From assembly GCA_907165135.1 (NCBI GenBank), contig OU015568.1, forward strand, positions 9,176,001-9,240,000: a stretch of DNA of 64,000 nucleotides. The letters are read 5' to 3'. Below the pieces are notes generated by a model, which did not search any database, was not told where the DNA came from, and saw only the letters and a list, made by a program, of their open reading frames with translations. This document shows, piece by piece, positions 1 to 26,679 of the stretch (its first letter is position 1; every line of letters starts with the position of its first letter). The position numbers were made by a program, and so were the translations under genes. This stretch comes from Oikopleura dioica. Taxonomy: Eukaryota > Animalia > Chordata.

Positions 1-1205
1 TAATTATGTGAAACAAATGATCAAGGCGTCGAAAGAATTCAGGCCAAATCCATTTTATGCGTTTTGGAAAGTTTTGATTCGCGGGATGATCGCTCAGGTA
101 TGCTTTGATAATCCTCTTTGCCTGGGTTAATACAGTTTTCTTTCAGTATCGGGACAAAACATTGGTTGTGATCAAAATCATGCAGAATCTTGTTGTTGCA
201 TTAGTCATTGGGCTCATTTATTTGCGCCCTGCTCGGCCGGGTAAGCTTTTATGCGGGAAGTACTGATCTATAATAAAATTTAGGTGTGAGCACGTCTAAT
301 CCAACCATACAACCATACGATTCCAAGGATGTTTTCAACTCTAACGGCGCACTCTTTGCATATGTCTGCTCTTTTTCTGTAAGTTTAGGAATAAGTTCAA
401 TTTTTAAATTGATTTTCAAGTTCAACTACATGTTCCTCGTTGTCTTCACCTTCCCACGAATGGCGATCATTTTGCGACGCGAGTACTATTCTGGTCTCTA
501 CCAGCTTTGGACGGCTATCATGGCGGATATGTTAGCCTTGGTTCCTTTCACGATTTTAATGCCCCTTGCTTATACCGCGATCACGTATTATATGGTCGGC
601 TTGAACCCTGCTGCCGGGTCATTTTTCTTACAATGGCTGACTTTATTCCAAATCGGTACGAGTCTCAAAGACGCTTTGTCTTCAAAAGCTCTTTTTTAGC
701 TTTCTGCGCGACTGGCTATGGCTACTTGATTTCAGCTTTGAGTCCGTCAGTCGAAGCAGCAAACGCTATCGCCTCACCGATGATGCTGCCGATGCTGATT
801 TTTGGCGGATTCTTTTTACAATCGGACACGGTTCCGAAATACTTCATCTGGATTAAGTACCTGTCATGGTTTTACTACGGGTCGGAAAATCTCTACAGCG
901 GACAGTGGGAGAACCTTGGTTACTGTAACACTGAGTTTGTTAATACAAACGATGCTAACAATGTGGTAAGATATCGATTCTTTCGACACTCTTATGACTT
1001 TTTGAAGGTTCGAAGCTCGAATGAAAAATGCGAAGAGTTCTACCCTCCAGGAACAAAATACTTAAGTGGCGAGACAATATTGAACAGGTTCGGGTACAAC
1101 CCGGACAATATCGAAAGAAATATTGGAATTATGTTTGCTCTTGCCATTGGCTTCCGATTGATTGGGTACCTCATCCTTTCACTAAAATACCGCTCAAAGG
1201 CGTGA
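1..1205 (+). CDS. ABCG (white/scarlet-type) half transporter, C-terminal ABC2 membrane domain; 5' end lies outside the window; several short introns
   Basis: Spliced translation gives 'FPRMAIILRREYYSGLY', 'GYLISALSPSVEAANAIASPMMLPMLIFGGFFLQSDTVPKYFIWIKYLSWFYYGSE' and 'ETILNRFGYNPDNIERNIGIMFALAIGFRLIGYLIL', all typical of white-family proteins. GT-AG introns are visible, e.g. 966-1007, which the ORF track reads through in frame. Confidence 0.88.
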
Positions 1206-1528
1206 TATTCTCTGCTTTACATACAAATAAAGTCATCATTAGCAGTCATATCTTCGAGGGGTTATTTTTCGAGTCTTTGACAATGATAAGACTCTAATGA
1301 TAAGAGCTTATTTATCTTGGTAATTGGTGAGCATAACTAATATTTACACATAAGAATCATATTATTACTCTTCCTTTCTTGCTCAATCGAGCTGAAAGCA
1401 AATATAAGAAGAATGCAGCATTCCGAATGCTAGATTAATGAGTAATTCTGATTTATGACACGCATGCAACGTGTGTAAATATAAAACGCTTGTGCGGCAA
1501 AAAGCAGCATTATATTTGTGTCCTAAAG

Positions 1529-3671
1529 ATGGAGAATACGAAGGCACTCTTAGAGACTAAAGATGTCGAAGAGCAGACGCAAAAGGTCAAGGCAGATCTT
1601 CAAACCCACATTTCTCTTCTTGAGAAAATGGAGAATTCGGGAGAAAGCGCAATTGATAAACCCGCAGAGTTTCAGATTGCCTTGAATGTGGTCGATTCAC
1701 TCGAAGAAAAATACAAAGATCTTCCAGAGTTCACTTCACTCAAAGAAAAGATCGAAGTTCTTCGTTTTCCAGAAGGCACGAAAGACCTAACCTCATCAGT
1801 CGAAGCTAAACTTTCCGATTCCGAAGCGCAACTAGCCACCACAGAAGTGAAAGCAGTCTCTCTCAGTGGTACGACAATTGAAGAAGCAAAAGCTGCGGTT
1901 ACTCAGGTCTACACTGATCTTGTGATGGTCAAAAACGATCTCGAGCAGTTGATGTCAACCAAACGAAAGCTTAATGAGCATGGGTTTATCGATAAAGACA
2001 CCGAGTTCTCCTTGTCATTTGTGGCACTTAGAGAGCGATTCAATAATATCGGAAAACGAATCACGGATTCTAAAGTGGCCCTTTCGAAATCGGCACTACA
2101 AGTTCAAAAGCTCAAGCGGGCAGTTGAAGATACTGACCAGTGGGCTCAGAAAGTGCTCGCCCAGTCTGTCGAGCAGTACCCAATGACTGATAGATTAAGG
2201 TAAGACAAATTCCCTCAGCTGTGGATCCAAATTCTTTAGGAAGGAGAGTGACGCTGAGATCCGAAAGCGAGAAGTTCTCGAAGTCACTAAAGATTGTGTC
2301 AATAAACTCCAAGCAAATCTCGGTGCTGATTGCAGTCAACTTATTGCAGATGTTCACCAAGGTTTTGATTCAATCGAGACTCTCGTCAGGGCTCTCCGAA
2401 ATGAAGAGTTCGAGTCTGATGCATCATCGGTGAGTAGCTCGTCGTCAAGCTCAGAGTCATCGGTTGTATCGGATCAAATGAGCAAAACCAAACGATCGAT
2501 TGAGAACAGAACCAATATATTCAAAAACCTTGTGGACAGTTGGAAAAAGCTGGAGTATGAATTTTTCTTGGTTGAAGAACGCTGTAACAAGATCAAAATT
2601 ATGCTGATTGACGATGACATAAGTAAAAATGATCAAATAGAGGTTATCGGCGCCCCTGTCATCAACGCAGAGCTTAACTCGATTCCAGAGATGATAAACA
2701 TCTTCCTAGACGGCAATAATGAGGTCCAAAAGCGAGAAATTCTTGAAGCCACAGAAAATTGCGCCAGAAATCTCCAGGTGAAACTGGGCGCTGATTTTAC
2801 TCAACTTGTTGAAGATGTTCAAAAGTGTTTGGACTCAAATGAGACGTTAGTCAAGGCTCTTAGAAAGGAAGAGTTTCAGTCTGATGCATCTTCGTTGAGT
2901 AGCTCGCCGTCAAGCTCCGATTCGTCAAGTTCAAGTTCAAGCTCAGAATCGGAGGCAACTGCATCCTCAAACTCTTGGAGCCCAGGTGGCGATACAAGTT
3001 CAATCTCTGAATCAGGAGCCGATAATTTCGGTTTTGATATGAGAAGAGAAGATAGAAAGAGCGAAGAGATCGATCAGTGGGTAGAGAGTAGTGCGCAAAT
3101 GGTACACAACGCAGAATCACTTAGAGAGATCCACACCATCAACGGAAAAATCAATCAATTTGGAAATGATATTGACGGGAACAACAGTGATCAAGAGAAA
3201 CTTATTCCGCTCGATGATCTCGTCTGTGATCGAGTCAAGTCACTTTCAGAGACAAAATATGACGGAGAACAGACGCAAAAAGTCAAGACAGATCTTCCAA
3301 CCCACACTTCTCTTCTCGAGAAAATGGATAGTTTGGTTGAAACCGCAATAAATAAGCCCGCAGATTTCGAGGCTGCTTTGAATGCAGTCGACTCACCAGA
3401 AGAAAAATATAGGGGAGAAGGGACAAACGACCAAACATCATCAGTTACGTTGATTACGGAGGTGCGAGACATGACAAGTTCAGGTTCTTCCGATGATTCT
3501 CCGAAGCAAGAAGAACATACCGGCGATGACTCCACCACTGTTCGACTCGAATCGAGAAAGAATCCAGATAATGATGCCAGAAGAAATATTCGAATCATGT
3601 TTGCGCTTGCTATTGTTGTCCCTTTAGTTGGATATTTGATACTGTCGGCGAAAAATCGCGTAAAGCTTTGA
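1529..3671 (+). CDS. Coiled-coil, Ser-rich protein with internal duplications and one C-terminal transmembrane helix (tail-anchored); 2 exons
   Basis: ATG at 1529. A 40-nt GT-AG intron (2200-2239) joins ORF 1490-2203 in frame to the frame of ORF 2430-3671 (DRL R|KESDAEIRKREVLE...). The protein ends in the hydrophobic segment 'IMFALAIVVPLVGYLIL'. Confidence 0.65.
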
Positions 3672-3731
3672 CTGAATCTGTTTTATTTACAAATTAATTT
3701 AACAGTGAACGGAGAATAACATAAGCAATTA

Positions 3732-20080
<16,349 letters not shown>

Positions 20081-22134
20081 GCTTTTATTGACCCGAAAGC
20101 CGCGGGGTTGTGAGTTTTTCTCTCGTTCTGTATATTTGTTTTGATTCTAGTTCTTTTGTAATTTATAGTCTCTACGTTTATCCAAAGTGCGTGTGAAAAG
20201 ACGAGTGCGAAAACGCTTTGAGGTTCAGAGGCCAGCTCCCTCCTCCAAGATTTTTGTGCAAGAGATGGACAACTGACACGAGAAGAGGCCCCCGCTGGGA
20301 CGCGGCCTTATCACTGACGCATTTCAAGGTACCCCGCCATGATTTTCAAATGAACAAATGCAAACAGAGAGAAAATGAGAAAACATCAAAAATCTTAAAA
20401 TGAAACACTTTTTTTCCTCGACTCCGAATGACATTAAATACCAGATATTCAAAATAAATATTATTTAAAATACATGTATTCGTTTAAAATGAAAGGGATA
20501 ATTATTACTAGTAAAGTCTTCGCTGCATGAGAGAATCACATTTCTAAGTTTTTTTACTGTAACAAAGTACCAAGCATAAAATATGACTATTGAACCTTTG
20601 AAATCTTTTGTTTTGCGGAAATTAATAGGCATTTATCTTCAGAGAAAATATAAAATGATCTTCAAAGATTATTAATTAAAAAAAAAAACAAGATTAGTAC
20701 TCTTAGATTACGTTAAAAAAGGTTGAGTTGTTGAGGTGTTGAGTCGACGTAATATGATGAGTGGCGGTGCTTACCACAAAGCACGTTGTTTCCTTTTAGA
20801 ATTGTCGTCTAATTACGCCAATTTTGGGCGAAATCTGTTTTGACCACAATGCAGTAACGACACCCCCAGACCTTCAAAAAATGATTATTATCGGATTTGG
20901 CGGACGGCCCCTCTCAGCTTTAGAGCAAGCCAAACATAATACCAAATAGACGAGGGACGAGCGAATTAGTCTGTAAATTTTTCCAACGAAAAACAATCAC
21001 TATCTACCAACGGTGTCAATTTCATGATAATGAACTACCTTTGATACCATTTATTACCATTACATAACGGTTTATTCTAGTTTATTCAAAAACATTAAAC
21101 AGCGTTTTTACGGTACTTTGAATTTACATTCGAGATAAAAAGACAAAAAGATAAAAAAGGTTTACTTTGAATCGGGATTCTAGTGATTGCCCCAAAGTTA
21201 TAATTACTTATTCAGAGATAATTAATTAAATCCGACGATAGCATAAATAGCATCATCTTTTCCTTTCATCCGCTTTTGCATGAAAACACCATTTGTGGTG
21301 GCTAATTACTGATGATTCCAAAGAACTCAGATTTCTCGTTGTTAAGTTGGTATACCCGTCAATAGAATCATATTGCCAATATGATATTGGCTATTGGCGA
21401 TATAAATATAGCCTAAATTCAGTAATGAAATATTATTTTTCCCGGGTTTGTTGAACCAAGAAAACCAGTTGACAATAAAAAGTGTTATAATAACAATTTT
21501 TTATTATTACCCAAAACATCTTGCATCTTTTCTTATTCAACTTAGAATCGCCGAGGCTAAGCCGGATGAACTTTTTCACCATGTTTTAGAATCTAAAAAC
21601 ACAGGATTTGGCAAGCGCAAATTAAGGAAGCCCAAGTCCCTTCGCCGTACTGTAATTAAGCTTGCGACTGTTGCCCGTGGCATTTAGTAATTTCACCTTG
21701 AAGGCGGGGTTTCTGGGGCAAGTGCTCAAGTCTGGAATGCTTGGCAAAGAAGAGCTTGGCAATGTCGTATTTCCGTAGGCGCGAAAGAAGGTTTTCCTTA
21801 CTACTATCTAGGGAATCGTTTTTTGGCGCTAGTGTGGTGCTGGTGCCGAGGTTGGTGGAACTAGACTGCCCGTGGCGCGTCACTTTGGGCTCCCCTTTCT
21901 TGCGCTGGTGGAGTGAACGCTCGCCCCAAAAAGGGCTTCTAAAACGCGCGTAACGCGCCGCTCGCCGCTGTGCCCGCGCCACCAGGATAACGTAAAATCT
22001 CGTTACATCATCCTTTTCAGCCTAATCAGAAACACCTGCATCGGATAGATGCACAAAAATACGTCATACTCACAAATCATAAACCTTTTTTGCAAGTAGA
22101 AAAGATAAAAAATTGATGATTGAAATTTATTTTT

Positions 22135-22171
22135 GGGACGCGTTTCGGTCTCAGTGGACCTTCGTCAGCCC
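22135..22171 (-). ncRNA. Second copy of the minimal hammerhead motif, in the left arm of the inverted repeat
   Basis: Reverse complement of the 22684-22720 motif (gggacgcgtttcggtctcagtggaccttcgtcagccc). Confidence 0.62.
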
Positions 22172-22683
22172 TAAGTACAGATTTTAAATGAAAGTTCAAA
22201 AACAGGAAAACAGTCTCTCACCTAGAGTGGACAATTTCGAATGAAGGCAGAGATTGAAAACATAAAAACATAATTCGCTTTCGCGGGCAGATGTAATGGA
22301 GCGCCAGAAGAAAGCGAATTACAGATGCTCCATTACAGAAATTTAACTTCAGCGAATTTGATCTGCTTATTCAAGCAAGGATCATTCAACTTGATCGAAA
22401 ACGCTTCACAAAGGACACGGTCTTTGTAGTACGGTTGGTTGGAGATAACAGAAATAAAGTTCTTTTCGAAACAGAATTTGGTTTTGATTAACGCTCTCGA
22501 TGTAGTAGGCTTGTATTTTGGAGTGTCTGGCTGTCTTCGCTTTCTTCTGGCGCTCCATTACATCTGCCCGCGAAAGCGAATTATGTTTTTATGTTTTCAA
22601 TCTCTGCCTTCATTCGAAATTGTCCACTCTAGGTGAGAGACTGTTTTTCCTGTTTTTGAACTTTCATTTAAAATCTGTACTTA

Positions 22684-22720
22684 GGGCTGACGAAGGTCCA
22701 CTGAGACCGAAACGCGTCCC
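22684..22720 (+). ncRNA. Minimal type I hammerhead ribozyme motif (Penelope-like element type)
   Basis: GGG-CTGACGA(22687-22693)-A-GGTC-cactga-GACC-GAAA(22709-22712)-CGC-GTC(22716-22718)-CC: catalytic boxes, a 4-bp stem II, a palindromic ACGCGT stem III and a GUC cleavage triplet. Stem I is weak (2 bp plus distal pairs). Confidence 0.62.
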
Positions 22721-24604
22721 AAAATAAATTTCAATCATCATTCATGAGAGGTCAACACCGACAAAGATAAAAAATTGTTATTTTTTCCAATTTTTAATGG
22801 CATCGAGTAAGATTTCCGGAAAATATTTGTATATCAATGTCGAAAAATACATCAACAATCGAAAGAATAAAATTTTACTGGGTCAAGAGTAGAACTTGAT
22901 TGTTTTAGTATTCGCTCTATCAAACGGTAATCCCCAGAATTGACCGTGAGCAAATAACCACTATCAAGTAATTATCACAACTTGTCCATACAATGTTCGT
23001 TCTATTTGGACAAGAAGATTAATCAAGTTCATATTTTTGTCTATTTTTTGTTTCAAACAAAAGAGAGATGAATTGAGAAAGATTCAATTACTAACAATTT
23101 TTAATTTGTTTCTGTCAATACAATATTTATTGATTGAAAATAATTGAATGAGAAGGGTGATGTCAAAAATATTTACAATGTCATGACAGTGATAACATTA
23201 AAAACATAAATTTGATGAGGTCGAAAATTGTGTTGCGACAAAATATTTTTCTGTTAGTATTCGGTACATAATGTACTTGATCCTCCTGCGTTGGATAAGT
23301 AAAAGAGAATCAGTTTCTTTTTACTGCCAAGTTTATTCAGAAAACAAAATCCGTTCTCTTTCAAGTTGTCTATTCCGGCTAGCCCTGTTTATTGGCGGAA
23401 TGCATTAAGTTGGATAATTATTTATTTTTCCTTTTGATTAATTCGGTTACTCGAGAGGATATTTGTTATTCTTTCGGCTAAGAACAAAGTATTTCATAAT
23501 CCCTAAAGTCTCGGGCCCAGACTATTTTTTCCATCCCCCAAAAGCATGAGCCGCTGAGAAGAAGCTCGGATATTATCGAATTATTACTTTTTGCGATCTT
23601 TCTTTTTTGAAGAATATTTTCGTAAACAATCTAAAGTTGAGAAAAAGGATGTTTTCCGTGTTTAGTCCAAGCTAAAAAGCCCAACTTCATGCTATTTCCT
23701 GGGTCGCAGGCAATATTTCTCCAAAAACACCGTTACGAACTATCTTTCTCAACGGAAGAAAAACGCTAGTTGGAGTTAGGAACTAGGGGGAATCGAGACA
23801 AGAAAGAATAACAATGTTTTATGCGGAAGAACTCTTGGATTTTAGGTCCAGGAGTTCATACATATGAATTCTAAGAAATAATTTTTATTGAAAAAAATTC
23901 CGGATCTTCGGTATTCTTCGTATTTTCCGGACAATAAATCGGAACAATGTGTTGATAAGAAGGTCATTATATTTTTGAATGCCATCGATCATGTTTACAG
24001 GTCGTCACGGGCCAGTAACTCCAGCGGAAGGCAAAATCAGAGGACGAAGGACGAAACAGGTGTTATTTTTATCTACTGCGACTAAAAAAGATGTGCAGGG
24101 ACCGTAAAGTCGGAGGCTCCTAATCTTTTTTTCGAGATGCGGCCGATTGATTCCAATCATGAGCCACGTGGTGGCGTATTTTTCCCGAATATAAGAACCG
24201 ATGCGATTGGATCTTCTGTTAAATCGTATCCGAGAAATTCCGATTTTTGGGCGAAAGAGCGGTGCTATTTTGATTCTACGCGCTAGAACATTCCTCGCTC
24301 TTTCTATCTAGACGCTATCGTGAGGAAGGGACCGCACCCGGTGGAGTACAGTACTTGGTGCTACTACACCACCGAGCCAGGGAGAGAGAGAGCTCAAGGT
24401 AGATTTTGGCGACGGGCAGTGAACAGCACCACCAATCCTCTCCCCGCGGTGCTTACGTTTAGCGCACGGGCTCAACGAACGCCATTTCCCGTAAAATCAT
24501 CCAGAAAAAAAAAAACGAAAATTCCATAAGGAATATTGAACAAGAGAGACGAAACCCGAAGAAGAGGGTTGAATAGAGAGTAGAAGGGAGAAATTACACA
24601 GACA

Positions 24605-26679
24605 ATGAGGGTTGCCCTCGCCCTAGCTGCTACAGTCTCGGTAAAAATTATATAAGAAAATATATTTAAATTAGCAAAAATAAATCAAATTTCAGAATTG
24701 AACATCTGTTTTTTTAATTAAAAGCTTGAATTAAAATTATCATTTTTAATTTTTTTCTCTAAATAGTAACTTTCCTGCATCTATGCAATCACTAAGACGC
24801 ATATTTTAAATACGATAAATGATGTTAAACTTTATTTAAGTTCGTAAATATTTCTTAAAATTTCCATTCATTTGATGATTCAACATTTTTGGCGTGTACC
24901 CAAAAACAATGTCCATCGTATCTTTTTTTCCCTTTTTCATGCTCACAAAGTTGAACTATCAATGTCGGTCATGGTTTTTTTCGAAATGAAAATATTTATA
25001 ATTAGGCGGCTTCTCCCCCTAAACAAAAATCGTAATTGTTTCGCTTTCAGGCGCAGCTCGACTGGTCGGATGACCTGCGCGAGATCCACGCTATCGGAAT
25101 CCAGAACCAGTGGCTCGTTGAAAAGCTTGCTCCTTCCGCTCTCTTCGGTCGACATGAGCGACGATTGAGGAGGCAGGCTGATGATTGCCAGGACAACCAC
25201 CCTCGATGCGACGAGTACGCCGAATATTGCGACAATGTCCAATTCGCCACTACTTGCGCCGCTTCCTGCAATACTTGCGATACATCCTCCTCCGAACCTG
25301 GTAAGTACCCCATTAACTACCGTTCCCCATGGTGTGCAGAGTGATTTCAAGCCTTGACGAGTATGTTACGTGAAGTTGACTACCCATACTCATTCGAATT
25401 TGAATTTGAGCTTCCTTCCTTTTTCGTTTTTACGCAAATCTTTTTAATCTTCTCAGAAATGAATGCAATGCGCGAAGGGCCATTGCAATTTTCTGTGCCA
25501 GAATGTGAAGGCCGCAAGGATTGTTTCAGAACATGTTCTTTTGGTTTTATAAAGCAATAGTTTTAAAAATTACTTCCAAAGGCATAAAATGTACCCGAAA
25601 GCTTTAAAGAGTTAAAATACTAGATTCTAAAAAGAATCTCCTTAGAAGAATGATCTTTTCGAACATGTTTGTAAACAGTTTGGTTTTTGTGTTTTATATT
25701 GTTATGAAACGATGAACAGTCATGTTTCCGATCGCCGCCAGACTGCTGGCTGGAAGATCCGGGGTGTATGTTCGTCTCGTGGAGGAGAGACGATGCCACT
25801 GGGCAGATTTACACTTTCGAAGGAACGGGTTTGAATCGGGCAGGCGAGGCTTATCCGTCCGTGCCCGATGCAAAACCGACGAATAGTCTCCGGCAATATC
25901 GGACAAATGGACTCCGGCTGGGTCGGCTTCGGCTTCAGTCTAGACGAGCGCATGGGCAACGACGACCTTTACTTTTGCCAGCGGGTTGCTAGTTCGCCGC
26001 GCAAACGAGCACCTTAGATTCTTATTTTTCTGATTTCGTAATTTAAAACCACAAAATTGGCACCCGTTCCATAGCGAGCACTTTAACGGCATGAGTCGCT
26101 TCAAATCGGCGATGTCCTACGGCCGAGCGCCGCCAAAAATGCTCCCCATGACGCATATTATCTCACATGCTGCCGACTTTAAACGTGGCGTTTTGCAGTG
26201 CCGCTTTCAGCCAGGGTTCAAAATCTATCTTGAAAATTTGCCAAAAACTCTATCTCAAAATAGTTTCTTAGCTAAATTGGCAATCTTGAGCTCTAGAATA
26301 GCGAAAGGCGGCAATAGAAAAGTCCATCGGAAAAGATGGCGCGATGATGTTCGATTTGAATCAGGATAATTTTTATCTCCTGGTCGCGTGGGGATCTATT
26401 GGCGGCGGTGGAATCCCACTCCATCATAAAGGAAGGACCTTGACTTCCAAGCCCGTTGATTTCGCCTATCCACCAACGGCGATTGAAATTATGGATGGAA
26501 AAGCCTCGATCGACCATTTGACTCCCGGAAAGAAACGAGACTCGCAGCCTCCATCAATTGGTTTTTCGTTCCCAAGTCCAGTAAAGGATTACTCCAACGA
26601 AGTGGATCTCGCGCAGCAGAAAATGATCGACGACATGAAACAATCTCCTCTTTTCAAATATCTCCAAGAGAGTAAATGA
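24605..26679 (+). CDS. Secreted ShK + DOMON (FRRS1/FRRS1L-type) protein; shortest predicted isoform of the ShK locus
   Basis: Exons 24605-24640 (signal peptide MRVALALAATVS), 25051-25300 (ShK CQDNHPRCDEYAEYCDNVQFATTCAASCNTC), 25457-25518, 25720-25822, 25887 to about 25984, about 26075-26210 and about 26300-26679. Spliced DOMON motifs: 'CEGRKSCFRSPPDC', 'GWVGFGFSLDERMGNDDLYFCQ', 'GVLQCRF', 'FDLNQDNFYLLVAWG'. Boundaries of the last two introns are approximate. Confidence 0.75.

Larger units (their letters stand above)
22114..22740. mobile_element. Long inverted repeat (205-bp arms 22114-22318 and 22536-22740, 217-bp spacer); probable Penelope-like retroelement remnant with inverted pseudo-LTRs
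   Basis: The arms are reverse complements apart from one homopolymer-length difference that I could see, and each carries a hammerhead core. The spacer weakly reads 'LEITEIKFFSKQNLVLIN', reminiscent of a GIY-YIG C-terminus (weak). Confidence 0.68.

Noticed and set aside
3560-3671. KASH domain (nesprin-like) at the end of the coiled-coil protein
   Set aside because: No luminal PPPX terminus, and the tail aligns with the adjacent ABCG C-terminus instead.
21656-21982. Arg-rich 108-aa ORF as a protamine-like or retroelement protein
   Set aside because: Starts at GTG and has no recognisable motif or splice support. May be a decayed element next to the inverted repeat, but this cannot be supported.
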